A stretch of 64,000 nucleotides of DNA from Antedon mediterranea (Eukaryota; Animalia; Echinodermata), in the NCBI RefSeq assembly GCF_964355755.1, contig NC_092674.1, positions 29,760,001 to 29,824,000 on the forward strand. The letters are read 5' to 3'. The position numbers and the translations under genes were made by a program. This document shows positions 1 through 13,116 of the stretch, in pieces (positions within the stretch are counted from its first letter, which is position 1; each line of letters begins with the position of its first letter). The notes below the pieces were generated by a model. That model ran no database searches and had not been told where the DNA came from. It worked only from the letters and a program-made list of their open reading frames with translations.

Positions 1-3000
1 ATCCATCCTCCAGCATCAAGATACTCTGGGACCAGCTCCAACCTCAGGTTCATCCTGCCTATGGTGTGTACTCTATTATTTCAGTATGAATAGTAAGAAT
101 TGATCATAAGATTTGTAGTGGAGCTGTAGCTTGGTGGTTAACATACTTGCCTTCCAATCTCAAGGTCTGGGGTTCAATCCTGACATGGTGCCAGAGTTGT
201 ATTGTAACTCATGACTCTTTCAACTTCACTCCCTAAGTCTCAAATGAGACTTAGTTTATAAGAATGATAAATTATAAAATATATTTATCCATCCTGTAAT
301 TGGCGAGTTACTCGATCTCTGTTGGCTGCGTATGTAAAAAAAATTTAAATATAAGATGCCAAATTGTATTTGTTGTAGGTGATGTGCCTGGCGAGCGTTC
401 ACAACGAAAATGCCAGCAGATAGAAAATATTGTTGCAGCTGTGAAAATGATTGCCAAGGCTGGAGACTATGTTGTTGACTTTTGTAGTGGTGGGGTAAGA
501 ACACTTTGTGTGCCTTATGCTCTGTCTACACTATCAAACTAGTGTGGTGAGTCCAAATATGGTAGTGATTTACCCAAATATGTTAGTGATATGACACCAT
601 TATGTCCATACATGGGCACATTATTTTTGTCATATAAAGTTTGATAGTGTAAACAGAACTTAATATTTATCCAATAGTGTGTGTCCTGAACAGTATGTGT
701 GAGCTTTCACAGCTCAATGACTAATTTGTCACCCAGTTTTTTTGTTTTTCTTTTACTTTATTGCATCGTAAACTGTGATGAAGACAAATAATTAAAATTC
801 AGAACATTTAACAGATATAATATAAAAGTAATTTGTCACTTGTTATGCTAATATGCAATTTGTTTCTTTTAGGGTCACCTTGGTATTGTCTTAGCTGCTG
901 TGTTACCAGACTGTCACATCATATTGGTTGAAAGTAAAGAAGTGTCAATCATTAAGGGTCTAAACCGAGTTAAAGAATTAGAATTGAAAAATGTTACATT
1001 CTACTTGGGAAATATTGACTACTACCATGGAAAGTTTGATATTGGGGTAAGATTATATCTTGATTTAATATAAACAAGGTTTGTTGCTTCCATTTCGTCA
1101 GGGATATACCACTAAACATCCACTTATTCAAATTAAAATGTCTACTTTTAAAAGCTGATCAATTTCACATCGCCTATCAAACTTCATAGTTCAACACACA
1201 CTGTATGGTGTATGCCCCAGTGTATGTAAACGTAGTTTTGCTAGGCAATGAATGGGGTAGTAGATTCCAAGTAGAATCCATATATCCAGTCTAGCATACA
1301 CAATTCTAGCATACACAATTATATACTGTTGTAAAGTTACAGAATACTGCCCTCTATATGATTATGCAATATTGCAACTTCCGTCTTGCGTTAGGTTTAC
1401 TGTTGGTGACAGGTTGCAAACGTTTGAAAGCTATTGCATGTGACAGAGCACCAGCTGATTTTCTGTTGCCCCAAAAAAGTATAATCATTATGCTCAACTG
1501 AATTTCCCATCGCCCCTCTCTTACATCCTGTTGTATAAGCTTATTTGAAGCCGTGAGAATTATGCATTTGTGGACATAAACAGATTGCCAACAGTTTGCA
1601 TATTCTGTGTCATATTTTTTTCGCTTCTGAACGTTTTTCCAATCAAATTTATCACTATATCTTCGATAGTGATAGAAAGAATGGAAGATTGCAAAAGAAT
1701 GTCCATGCATTGTTAAACACCATGCACTTGATCATGGTAAAAACAAGCAGGCTATATCATTACTAATGTCTGGCAGACTTCCACTCAATTCCATCCAAGA
1801 ACTAATTAATTATTCGTCAGTCATTAGCTATTAGTTTTGTTGTTGACAGATGAGTTAATGAATTTATAACAGACATTTGAATGTAAAAATAAAGTTTCAT
1901 AACAATGAATTTAAATCTGGAATTGGTGTGTTAGACTATCACAATCTAAAACAACATCTATTGATTAACATCTTTTACAGGTGTCATTGCACGCATGTGG
2001 TGTAGCAACAGATATGGTAATTACAAGATGTATCCAAAATGATGCTTCGTTCGTTTCAAGTCCTTGTTGCTATGGGGCTGTGAGGGATACGCACGTTATA
2101 ACGTATCCAAGGAGTAAAAGATTACGAGAGAAACCCCTCTGTTTTGAGGTAAATTTTGATACATCGATTGGTTTTTTATTTGTAACTCAAATGCCAACTT
2201 TAAGTCAATGGCTACCAGATGTCTCTGTGAGACGGTTATTTGAACCAGTACCAGTACCAGTACCATAATTGAAATATGCTACTCCACTAAATTATATAAT
2301 TTTCACCAGTATCATTTCTCAGGGCTCATGTTTTTTATTTAATTTTTTTTTTGTAGGATTATAGAATATTGGCTCACGCTGCTGAGCATACAACATGGGA
2401 TTTTGACAGTGACGCTGCCAAACAAGGTAATTTTTTTAAATCCTAACAAAGCGTTTGCATTTTTCTTCTGATCGTCAATTTTAAATTGGATTAAATCTTA
2501 TAAATACCTGTAAACAATAAATAAAACATTGACATAGTCATGAAAAATTAAAAATAATGCTATAAGTGATTGAACTAGTAATCTATTTTGATTTTGGTAA
2601 TTTTATAAACACAGTGTAACTGTAATATGTCCTTTGTCGTAAATTTCAAACAGATTATTTCTGAATTCTAAGAGGACAGGTTACACATGTAATTAAAACT
2701 TCCTTCCAGTTGGATGTAATCGTTGCAAGATCTAGTAATGTTTATGTAAACTCTAGTCTGCCTTTCTTACTCATTCGCCATATAGTACTGATCACGTTTG
2801 TATAATTTATAACGGAAGCAAGCATTTCCCAAAGTGCTGACTCACCCGTCCAACAAATATCAAACATATCTATTTTTTTGTCGGCTCTACAGTGTATAGA
2901 TTAAAGTTTTACAGCTTATAATTTTTAATGAAATTTATGTTCAAAATAATATTATGGAAACATGTGATTTGAATTGTTGCTTAAATGATTTTAAAGGAAA

Positions 3001-3626
3001 AACATGAATCGAAAGATAAACTAGAATGCTGTAATTGACAAGGCTGAATATAATTTCCTAACAACTCTATAAATACTTTAAATTCTGTTCTATTATTTAT
3101 ATTTCATCTGTTTTAGGTTTATGTGCCTTTCTCCTTCATTCAACATTATTTTAAAGTTAATATTTCTATTTTTATAAAGCTATTTCAACACTTTGTTGAT
3201 GTGTGATGCCCAAATATGGTAGTGATATGCCCAAATTTATGGTAGTGATATGACATCATCATGTCCATATGGGCACATCATATTTTTTGTCACATAAAGT
3301 TTGATAGTGTAGACAGAGCTTAACATACTGACCTGCGAGTTAAGAACAAAATAATCTTTATGCTTCAAAATCCATGAAAGACTATCACTACATACTTTGT
3401 GGCGTTTAAGTTTTAGTGGTGTATTTTATGTCTTATACGATTTTAAATTTACTTTTTAATTTCAGCTAAATCATGCATGGCCTGTATTGATTCTGATAGG
3501 CTTTTTTATTCTATGGAACACGGATACCAGGTGTGGATGACAACAATGGAACCATTTACATGCACTCCTAAGAACAACTTACTGATTGGTGTCAATAAAA
3601 ACAGAGCAGATAAGCTACATATATGA
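1..3626 (+). CDS. GSTCD: GST C-terminal domain-containing protein, 3' exons (class I methyltransferase-like domain); 5' part lies outside the window
   Basis: Exons <1-63, 379-494, 873-1046, 1981-2148, 2357-2426 and 3466-3626, all GT-AG and phase-consistent. The joined peptide contains VVDFCSGGGHLGIVLA, VSLHACGVATDMVI, PCCYG and MEPFTCTPKNNLLIG, matching my recollection of human GSTCD (IVDFCSGGGHVGIVLA, VALHACGVATDMVI, MEPESCSPKNNMIVG). Stop TGA at 3624-3626. Confidence 0.93.
115..259 (+). mobile_element. tRNA-derived SINE
   Basis: A-box-like TAGCTTGGTGG and B-box GGTTCAATCC, followed by a tail ending CCCTAAGTCTCAAATGAGACTTAGTTTAT. A reverse-complement copy lies at 32731-32845. Confidence 0.7.
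518..660. mobile_element. Harbinger/Tourist-like MITE family A (first of about 21 copies)
   Basis: TIR consensus AGCTCTGTCTACACTATCAAACT; about 130-150 bp. Other copies or fragments at approximately 3177-3320, 12418-12557, 16661-16731, 17190-17317, 19785-19916, 22235-22366, 28431-28582, 29058-29196, 39292-39426, 41620-41717, 43111-43261, 44813-45008, 45410-45536, 46196-46335, 47874-48033, 49884-49993, 49997-50152, 51427-51563, 62458-62597 and 62890-62970. Confidence 0.85.
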
Positions 3627-3654
3627 AGGCAAACTTTAACTTAATATTGTAGTA

Positions 3655-3765
3655 GTAAGGGAGTGGGGTGGGAGTAAGGGAGTAAGGGAGTGGGGTGGGA
3701 GTAAGGGAGTAAGGGATTGGGGTGGGAGTAAGGGAGTGGGGTGGGAGTAAGGGAGTGGGGTGGGA
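3655..3765 (+). repeat. G-rich tandem repeat (GGGAGTGGGGTGGGAGTAA / GGGAGTAA units) just after the GSTCD stop codon
   Basis: Directly visible; more than 15 runs of at least 3 G with short loops. Confidence 0.9.
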
Positions 3766-4676
3766 TAAATGGTAGTGCTGATAGTGCAGGTGTATTGCTA
3801 TTCTTTTTAAAACAGTAGCATTAATGCTATTAACTCTATCGTTCTGGTAGTATAACATTTCCTCTTCTATAAGGGCAATACACTATATAGGCCAATTGTA
3901 CACAGTTTATTTGTTTACAAAGCCAACTGAAAACAGTGCCTAGACCCATCCGTAGAAGAAGTTTGGCCAGAAAACTCAAATTTTAGCATGCGACACATTT
4001 TAATATAATATTCAATAAACAGCAATTTAAACTTTGAATACTGTTGTCATTTATTTATACAAACATTGTTTATAATGTCACCTCTTACGTTCTCGTAATA
4101 TAAATAGACATTAAATGGTGCCAATTTTAAGAATGACTATGATGAGAGTTATTTACATCTAACAAATCCTATGACATTACAATCATTTATTGATATTAGT
4201 CATGCTTGCTAGCTCAAATATGTCACAATGTTGCTTACAAATTATGTATTAAATTGTAAAACAGATTGATTGAAATTGAAATATTTTGATTAAAAAAGAT
4301 ATAAAAACAAACTACTACTCTTTTTACTTTATTCATGATTCAATTTACTTTTTATCAAATACATAAATGTCAATCTGAAATGCTTCCTGTTGTTTGTTTA
4401 ATCTACTTATGGCAATCAATTTCTAGGATAGCATTCCACACAAAACCGTTCCACATTGCATACTTCATTCGAAACATCATCGTTTATAAAAACCCATTAT
4501 TTTACACACACTGTAGCATCTCTAACATTAAACTCCCCTCAATACAAAAAAATATCTTATGAATTATAGATATATTTATTTAATATTAAAAACTCTCTTT
4601 TTCAGATTTTTTAAATGTAACATGCAGTTTATTATCGCTAACAATTTGACAGTTGCTCTTTCAGTATTGTAATATT

Positions 4677-7600
4677 TTATTTTCTGATAATGGTTGTTGC
4701 GCTGGCACGGGATAGCGTTCCAATCTTGATGTTGACTCCTGGTAATGCGTTGCCGACTTCTTTTACAATGTTCTTCCATGCTGTGTTGATGTACATATGT
4801 TTTCCTGGAAGAATAATCTTCTTGAATTTTTTGCCTTCTTGTTGCTGTAGGTGCCAATCGTCCAAAAGGTGTGGGTTGATGAACGGATCACTCTTTCCGC
4901 CAAAGGTCGTGATATTGCAAGGTAGACGATCTTTGTGACGGCATCTGTACTTCTTGCATGTCATGATGGCTGCCTCGATTGATGGTATCATTCGGCTCAT
5001 TAGACGCGAGTTGTTCAAGGTGGCTTGATCTAAGAAACTGAACTTGACGTTTTCTTGTTCCAGATTCTTTGCAACGTTGCCTCGTGAAGAAATTACTCGT
5101 CGAAGCTTTCGATATACTGATGTTGGTGCGTCTAATTCTTCTGGATGTGGATACGGCAAAGTTGGTGCGTACCATGCACTGATAAATAATTGAATAGGAC
5201 TTGAATTGAACTTTTTCATAATGTGATGGGCTGTTTCAAAAGCGATCAAAGCACCAAGGCTGTGACCAAAGAACACAAAACGATTTTTAATAAGCCGTGG
5301 AGCAAGAGCTTCGGATAGTTTTGTTACAATCTCTTGCATATCGTGTTGAGGTTTTTCTCGCTCTCTACCTTCCCATCCAGGAAACTGTAGCATGATTGTC
5401 TGAATGTTGTACTGAGCAAATAAATTCCTCCAGTGACTAAACATAGATGGGCCTCCTCCCACTGACGGGAAGCATACAACCTGTCCATGTGGTGCTGTTA
5501 TGTTGTCATCAATTCGGTACCATATCTCACCAGGTGTTGGAGAAATCGCTTGGTCAGCTCCATCGTTTTGATCTTGTTCTGTAGAGCCTGACATGATCTT
5601 TTTGTAGATGGACTGTGTGAGATTCCTCATAGTAAGGTTGTCGTTAAGGAGTTCAATAGCCACAACTGACACTCCAAAGTTCTCGTGAATTATACCGCTT
5701 AGCTCAGACGACATATGTGAATCAAGACCTAAACCGACTGGGGAAGTATCTTCAGATATATCATTAGTGATGCCAAGTCTTTGGGCAATGTGATTAGATA
5801 CTGTCTCAAATATCATGTTTGTCGCTTCAGTCGGGCTTAGAAGTCTAATTTTCATCTTTAGGTCATGTTCTGTAGCTAGAAATGTGTCTCTGTTTGAGAA
5901 CAAGTTCTTAAATATTGATAGTGTTCCTGCTGCTTCTTTGAAATGTTGAGAAAGCATCACACGATTGTTTTCGGCATACATTTTACGGTTGACTGAACCG
6001 GTCAATCCTAGCTCAGGATAATCTGTAACCAGCATGCATCCTAATCCTCTAAGAACATCTGAAGGAGAAAGACTCATCAACCCATTTTTCTCCCATTGGT
6101 CTACGTAACCTTTTCTAGCAGCGAATCCTGATGTGTTGATAACACCAGGACAAATCACAGTAGCCGGTAGCCCCATCTTCCTCCTCATGCTACAAAGAGA
6201 TGACAGAAAAGCGTTGGCAGCGCAATAGCTTCCTTGGCCGCCATTACCAATCATCTCAACAATGGATGAGAACATAACAAAGTACTTTATTGGAAGATTC
6301 ATGCGCATGCTCAGTTGATGTAATGATAGAGCGCCAAAGCCCTTCGTTGCTACAACTTCTTTCCATCTGTCTGGGTGTATTTGCCTTATAGCCATGTCAT
6401 GATAAACAGTAGCGCAATGGAAGATGCCTTCAAGTGGTAGTTCGCCATTATCTTTGATTGCACATAGAGCCTTTTCAAGATTTCCAAACCTCATTAAATC
6501 AGCTTTTAGATGAGTTATTCTGGCACCACTATCACGGAATATCTTGAATCGACTTATCGCTTCCTCTTCCGGTGTGAACCGGGAAACGACATATATGTGA
6601 CTTGCTCCGCAGTTGACCAACCATTCGATGAGTTCAAGACCAATGCCCTTTGACCCTCCAGTTACTAGATATGAAGCGTCTGGGTTGGCTTGGAAACCAA
6701 TATCTTCAAAATTTAGAGTTGCCGAAATAGTGTCTTCGTCAACACAAACGGTTGTATCATCAAGAGACGCGTGAGTGGCCTTTGCGAGTTTCGACATCTG
6801 AGCCGTTGGAATAGCAAGTGACTTGAGAGCCTGGAAGTCGTTATGAACGCTGAACATCTGCAGCAGACGAGTCATTGAATCTTGTAGTCGTACGCGCATC
6901 TGATCATACTTTCCAAGACCCATATCAATACCAATGTAGTAAATGTTTGGTGGTAGTACCCCGATTTTGCACTCGTTTTCGCCATTCTTTCCCGGAATCT
7001 GTACAATCGTACCGAATGGTTTGAGCTTGGCAATAAGTCTGTCAAGATGGTACCCATTGTCAATCATACCACCAGCAAACAGGAGGACATCAACCTCATT
7101 ATCTTGAATCATACTTTCAAAGTTATCTGGTGACGTTATAACCACACGTGAATCGCCAAGTATACCAAGAAGTTTCTCCACAGGAAATATGTTTTCATCA
7201 TTCTCCACATGGATGAAAACGTTTGCCCCTTGTTCTAACGCCAAGTGTGTCGTTGCAAGTCCGATCCTATCACTTAATGAGGACAAATAGACAATTACTG
7301 ACCCGTTTTCATTAAGTTTTAATGTATCATGAAATGCAACAAACGCGGGTAAATAGTCCTTTACAATATTAATGGCCTCAGTTGGTGTTAGGTTGCCTGG
7401 AACTGGGACAAGCTCGTTAGCTGCTGTACATATTGTCGATGTAACTACGCCATCTGCTTTGAATCCTAGAACAGTGTTTCGCGTCCTAAGCATGACGTGT
7501 ACTTCTTCTGTGCAGTGTACTATCTTCCCGGAATACAGATATCCTTGTAGGCTATTACCATCAGCTTCATCGTATTGATATTGCGCGGCAAATGCCCCGG

Positions 7601-10600
7601 CTTTTACAAGAACATCTTCAGGTCGTCTGACAAGTGGTGGATCGCTGTCCTGTTTCACCAGAAGACGTTTAGCTTTCACTGATTGTTCAATATTTACAAT
7701 CCAGTTTGATGATTGTGTTGGAGCAGAGAAGCTTGACTGTGGTTCCATAACAACTCTTGGTGCGTAAACCTCAAACGTCATCTCTCTAGGGAAGTCTGCT
7801 GAAGGTCGTCGTGGTACTCGTCTTCTCATTACAACATGATTTTCATCAGTTGGGATTGCTTTCATATAGTTGTACAGCCAAATAGCTGATTCCTCTTGAT
7901 CAATATGTGCAGGCAAGTCTATTGTGAACACTTGTAGTTCAGGATCCTCGTGCATAAGTGTCATTCCTAATGCTTGTACAGTGGATGACATCGGGTCGAT
8001 GGGGTCAATATCAAGAACTGCGTGCGCACTTCTAGTCACAAGCCATATTCTAGGCTTAACCTTTGCGTCATGTTTGCTTACAGCTTTGTAAAGGCTTATC
8101 GGGGCAATTGCGCTGATATTCTGTGCTTCATCGAAGTTTTCTTCTGTAATAGCATCTATTGACCCAAGTTCACGAACATCTAGTGTTGAAAGAACGATTA
8201 AATCGGTGACCATACCAAGAGAACGCAGTACCCGACGGAAGCGCTCATCTGAATCTGCTAAAATACGCGGGTCAAGCATACTGACAACATTTTCAACTTC
8301 TAGACGTTTCTTTAAATCAAAACAAACGCCGTTCTTGTCTTTAAATATCACTATTGCGCCTGCTTCTTCAGGGTTGTTCGGAATGTAGCTGATTGTTCGT
8401 CTGTTTTTAGATGTGGAGGCCGTTGGTATTTCGACTTCAGCCTTCTTTACGTAGACTGGAACCCATTCACGTCTCCAAAGTTGTATACTTTCATCTGGCT
8501 CTGGTGAATTCACATTTTCAAATATAAGTCTGTCGAACTGGGCGAATATTTTATGGTTGGCGGCATCAGCAACAACAATATATCCAACGGTTGTGTCTCC
8601 CTCCAACATCATCTGCACGTTAAAAACTATTCTTGTTGGTGATTTACCTTTCATTAATATTCGTTCCACAGCTCTTGGAACTTTGAACCATTTTGTGAAA
8701 CCACCGGTCTCGTTCCGTGCTCTCTGTTGCTCTTGTAACATAATGCAAAGACCAAATCCTTGGAATACGCTATCGAGGAAAGCGGGATGGAAGACAAAAT
8801 TGTCGAATTCTCGTACAAGTGTCTCTTGAGCAGTGGCGTAAACCAGTGCTTCGTTACAGTCGTGACTGAAATAAGCCTTTGTGGTGCTTTTAAAGTTGTC
8901 ACCAAGTTCAAAACCACCTTTCCATAATGTTGCATAAAACTCGTCTTTTTCCATTTCTCTTGGGCAACGTCTTCTGATATCATCTGTTGCAAGTTTTGAT
9001 TCTAACTCCTCAGTTTGTTCCAAGATGTTCACGTTCGTATTTCGTCGTTTGCCGATTGTATCAACAAGTGCACTACCGTGCAATGTCCATCCCTTTTCTG
9101 TAGGATTATAACTTCGAAGTGAAAACTTTGCCTCTTTAGATCTTAGTTCAACGGTAGTCTCCAAGGTACCTTTGACATCAGGTGTGAAGATGAATCTTTC
9201 AAAATTAACCCACCTCAGAGTGAGTATATCTGCGTCTGGTAAAACTGCACGAGCAGCTGCTAGAGCAGTTTCTGTGTGGGCTGCTGCAGGTATCACAGCA
9301 CTTCCTTGTAAGATATGATCTCTTAACCAAGGTACAGAACCAATTGTGAATTCAGAACGCCATACTTTCAAAGTACTCTCGTCATGGAAGTGAGATGTTT
9401 CCAAAGGTTTGCCCAGAAGAGGGTGATCTTTCAATGGGAACAAAAACATTTCCTTCGCTGTCTCTGTAGTAGCACTACAATGAACTCTTTGCCATGGGTA
9501 CGTCGGAAGTGACATCACCTTGTACTCTTGTTCATTGAATAACAACTCTGTTTCCAATGAGTAACCCTCTACGTGTAGTTTTGCTAGCGAGCGTAGGACA
9601 TTAACCCGATCGTCTGCTAAATCGCGCGTATCAGTTGGTCGTCTGAGAGAACCAGTAATAAAAATAGATTTTGATCTGTTTAAATTTGAGTTTATTACGT
9701 CTCTGACAGCAGGTGACAGCGATGGATGAGGACCAACCTCCAAAAAGCAATTGTATCCTTCTTGGAGAAGTTTTTCAACACCAGACATAAATTTCACTTG
9801 TCCTCTTATGTTCTTCCACCAGTAAGCCCCGGTGTTTGTGTCGTCCCTTGTAAGGTACTGATTTGTAACTGTTGACATCATCGGTATGACAGGGCTAGAT
9901 TCAAGTGATTGTCTGTTTGTACTGTTTGGAGATAGAAACTTAACTTTCTTTAAAAAGTCTTTTCGTATGTGATCTTGTTGGTAGCTGTGAAATGCGTTTG
10001 CAACGTGCAAGCGCGTACAGCGTAATCCCTCCTCACGCAGGCCATCTGCAAACGTTGTCAGTGCTTCTGTTTCACCAGACAAAACAATCTGAGTTGGACT
10101 ATTTACTGCGGCAACATCAACAACACTTACACACTCACTGCCATCAAGTCGGGTCTGGATGTCCTCTACTGAATGTAGAACTGCGACCATAGTACCACGT
10201 CCTGTAGTCTTGCGTAACTGACGACCTCTGTGGTAGATTATCTTGATGGCATCGTCTAGGGTAATCAAACCTGCTACGTGAGCTGCAGCAACTTCACCGA
10301 CACTATGACCGATGACGGCATCCGGCGTAACTCCGCGCTGGCGGTATAGTTCTGCTAAACCAATCTGGACGGCAAATATTGATGGTTGGGCAATTTCTGT
10401 GGAATAGAACATGTTTTTTATTAGATTAAGCTTCACGTATTGAACTGAATGTAAGAAGCAGTAATAGATGGTCAGGTTCAATCTACTTACCAGTAATATT
10501 GACTGTTTCCTTGTCTGTTTCTTTGGTTAGTGTGTGGACGAGTGACCACTTTGCGCCACATTTGGTCAATGCTTTGTCGATACGCTGTAAAACATAGAAA

Positions 10601-13116
10601 TAGTTCCATGAATAATACTTTTAAAATGCATTAGAATTGAGTTGAAAGTTTCCCTCTACAATGACAACATAAGCGATCACCTCTCGTTATAGATCTGTCA
10701 ATTAGTACACAGAGGATAATTTCAGGAATAATGAAAAACACTGAATGTTTTAATTGGACATACCTTGATGACATTTCGGAAAGTTGGTTCATCTTCCATC
10801 AGATTTCTTGCCATTCCCCACCACTGTGTGCCCATACCAGAGAACACAAACACCAGACGGTGCCCTGATGTCCCATCTGCCATCTTTCCTTCCACAACAT
10901 TAGTAGCAGCTCTAGGATCATGGTCAAGTTTCAGTCTGATTTGGTCAACAGCTTCTCTGGCAGATCTAGCAATGATACCCATCCTGTATTGATGATGGTA
11001 CGACCGGACAGATGCTGTGTAAAGAGAATTTGTGAACGCCCGGTGGTCGTTACCTATTGTATTGTTCAAGTATGTTACCCAGTCATCCAGTCGTTTCAAT
11101 AGCGCATCTTTATTGGCAGCAGAAAGAAATAGTATTCTTGGTTCTGGGGTATCGAGGGTATTGTGCACTTCAATGCGGTGTGATGGATCTGGTATTCTAG
11201 GCCCATAATATGGAAATGCTTCCATTACAATGTGAGCGTTTGCACCTCCAAAGCCAAAGGAACTGCAACCTGCAAGTCGTTTCTTTACCTTAGGCCAGCG
11301 TGTCAGTTCTGTCGGTACGCGTAAATTCAGTCCCTCAAAATCAACTGCTTCGTTTCCTTCCCGAAAATGGACAGCTTTTGGAATTTGTTCAAAGTATAAG
11401 CTAAGAGCAGTTTTGATTACCCCTGATACGCCAGAAGCTCCTTCCGAATGTCCTATGTTGGATTTGACTGACGCCATGTAAAGAGGCGGTTGATCAGGCC
11501 GTCTATTTAACCCCATAGCTTGACCGATTGCATTCGCTTCGGTTTTATCACCAATCTGGGTGCCGGTGCCGTGCGCTTCAACATATTGAACTTCTTCTGG
11601 GTGTACCTTAGCGTTCAAGTACGCCGACTCAATAAGTGCAACCTGGGCCTCAAAGCTTGGGTTGGCAATACCGGGAGTACGTCCATCGTTGCACAAGGAT
11701 CCACCACGTATCACACTGTATATCCTATCGCCATCATTTAACGCTCTTTGTAATGATTTCAAGATTACAACCCCAGCGCCCTCTGCTCTAGCGTATCCGT
11801 CGGCTGACTTGTCAAAGCTTTTACATTTTCCATCTGGTGACAACATACCGGCTTGACAGAAGCCGATACTTGTTACAGGCATGAGTGAAATATTGGCGCC
11901 ACCTGCCACCGCCATGTCACAGTCACCTGATCGTATAGCTTCGCAGGCAAGATGAACAGAGTACATAGAAGAAGAGCATGCGGTATCAATCACATAACTG
12001 GGGCCGTGGAAATCAAATTCATACGAAATTCTATTTGCAGCCATCGCGGAATTAATGCCAGAGTTTGTATACTGATTAATGTTTTCATTGGGTATGCTTG
12101 TCAGTATTCCGTACTCGCTGGCTGTCAGTCCAATATAAACGCCTGTATTTGAACCTCGCGCAGACGATGCTGGTATTCCCGCGTTTTCTAAAGATTCCCA
12201 AACAACTTCCAGTAGAAGACGAACTTGTGGATCAAGATGATTTGCCTCCTCTAAATTAAAAAAATAGAAATTTATTCAGTTTTAGTTGGTTTTGAAATTT
12301 AAAAATAAAAAAAAAACTTGAAAGTTCGTAACAGTATAGGCAAAGTAAAATTATTGAGTGATTTTGCTATATTAAGAGAAATCATGTACTTAGGTTTGGG
12401 TGCTGACGTGAACCTTAAGCTCTGTCTACATTATCAAACTTTTTGTGACAAAAAAATCTGATGTGTCCATATATGAACATGATGATGTCATATCACTACC
12501 ATATTTAGGCATTTCACCACTATATCGACTCTAGTTTGACAGTGTTGAGACAGGGCTTTGCTTCCCCATTAATTTTACTTGTTTTTCACAGCGCTTCGAG
12601 ACTGTTTTTTGCGCTTTATGAATTTAAAACCATTAAATGAATATTGCGAAGTAGAAGTCTCTTTCAAATGATTGTGATTAAACTATGCTACCTTAAATGT
12701 TTGTACAATTTACCTGGTGACATCTTGAAGAACTGTCTGTCAAACTTGAGAGGATCCTGTGTCAAATATCCGCCATTTTTGTTGTACATTTTTCCGGGAA
12801 TTTTTTTGCCTGGATACAAGAAATAAGATGTGTCGAACCTGTCGTCTGGTGGAGGAATCGAACAATCTAGTCCTTTGGCCAACATATCCCAAAACTTGGC
12901 AACAGTGTCCACACCATTGGCATATCGACACCCAATTCCAACAATGGCTATTTTTCTATCAAGGCTTAGTGTCGGGTCATGGCTTGGACTCTGACCTCGT
13001 TTTGGTCTTGCTCCTTCTTCAAACTTCATATTGTAGGATGATTTTGACCGTACTGGAAAGCTGAGCGCGCGACGCCGTCTCAGCGTACTCGAGCTGTAAT
13101 GTTCAATATGCTCCAT
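4677..13116 (-). CDS. Iterative type I polyketide synthase, about 2567 aa: KS-AT-DH-structural KR-degenerate ER-KR-ACP-TE
   Basis: Coding exons 13116-12714, 12250-10764, 10584-10491 and 10396-4677 (7704 nt, in frame, GT-AG). KS: IAIVGIGCR, DPQVRLLLE, DTACSSS, EAHGTGT, KSNIGHSE. AT: VFVFSGMGTQW, GHSVG, NAFHS. DH: HPLLG, DHILQGSAVIP, LDSVFQ. KR: YLVTGGSKGIG, GQGSYCAAN. ACP: LGLDSH. TE: GHSLG, GGKSD, GKH. Confidence 0.95.

Noticed and set aside
3592-3858. 88-aa Pro/Thr-rich minus-strand ORF
   Set aside because: It is the translation of the G-rich tandem repeat.
4690-13064. Short ORFs antisense to or overlapping the PKS
   Set aside because: Shadow ORFs of a long, GC-richer coding sequence; no recognisable motifs.
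1-13116. GSTCD methyltransferase plus PKS as a biosynthetic gene cluster
   Set aside because: GSTCD is a conserved gene whose position next to TBCK/AIMP1 is explained by ancient synteny. No tailoring enzymes, PPTase or transporter are present, so adjacency alone is not evidence.
4677-13116. PKS as bacterial contamination or a recent horizontal transfer
   Set aside because: It has canonical spliceosomal introns, a host MITE in intron 1 and a spliced 5' UTR, and it is contiguous with animal genes.
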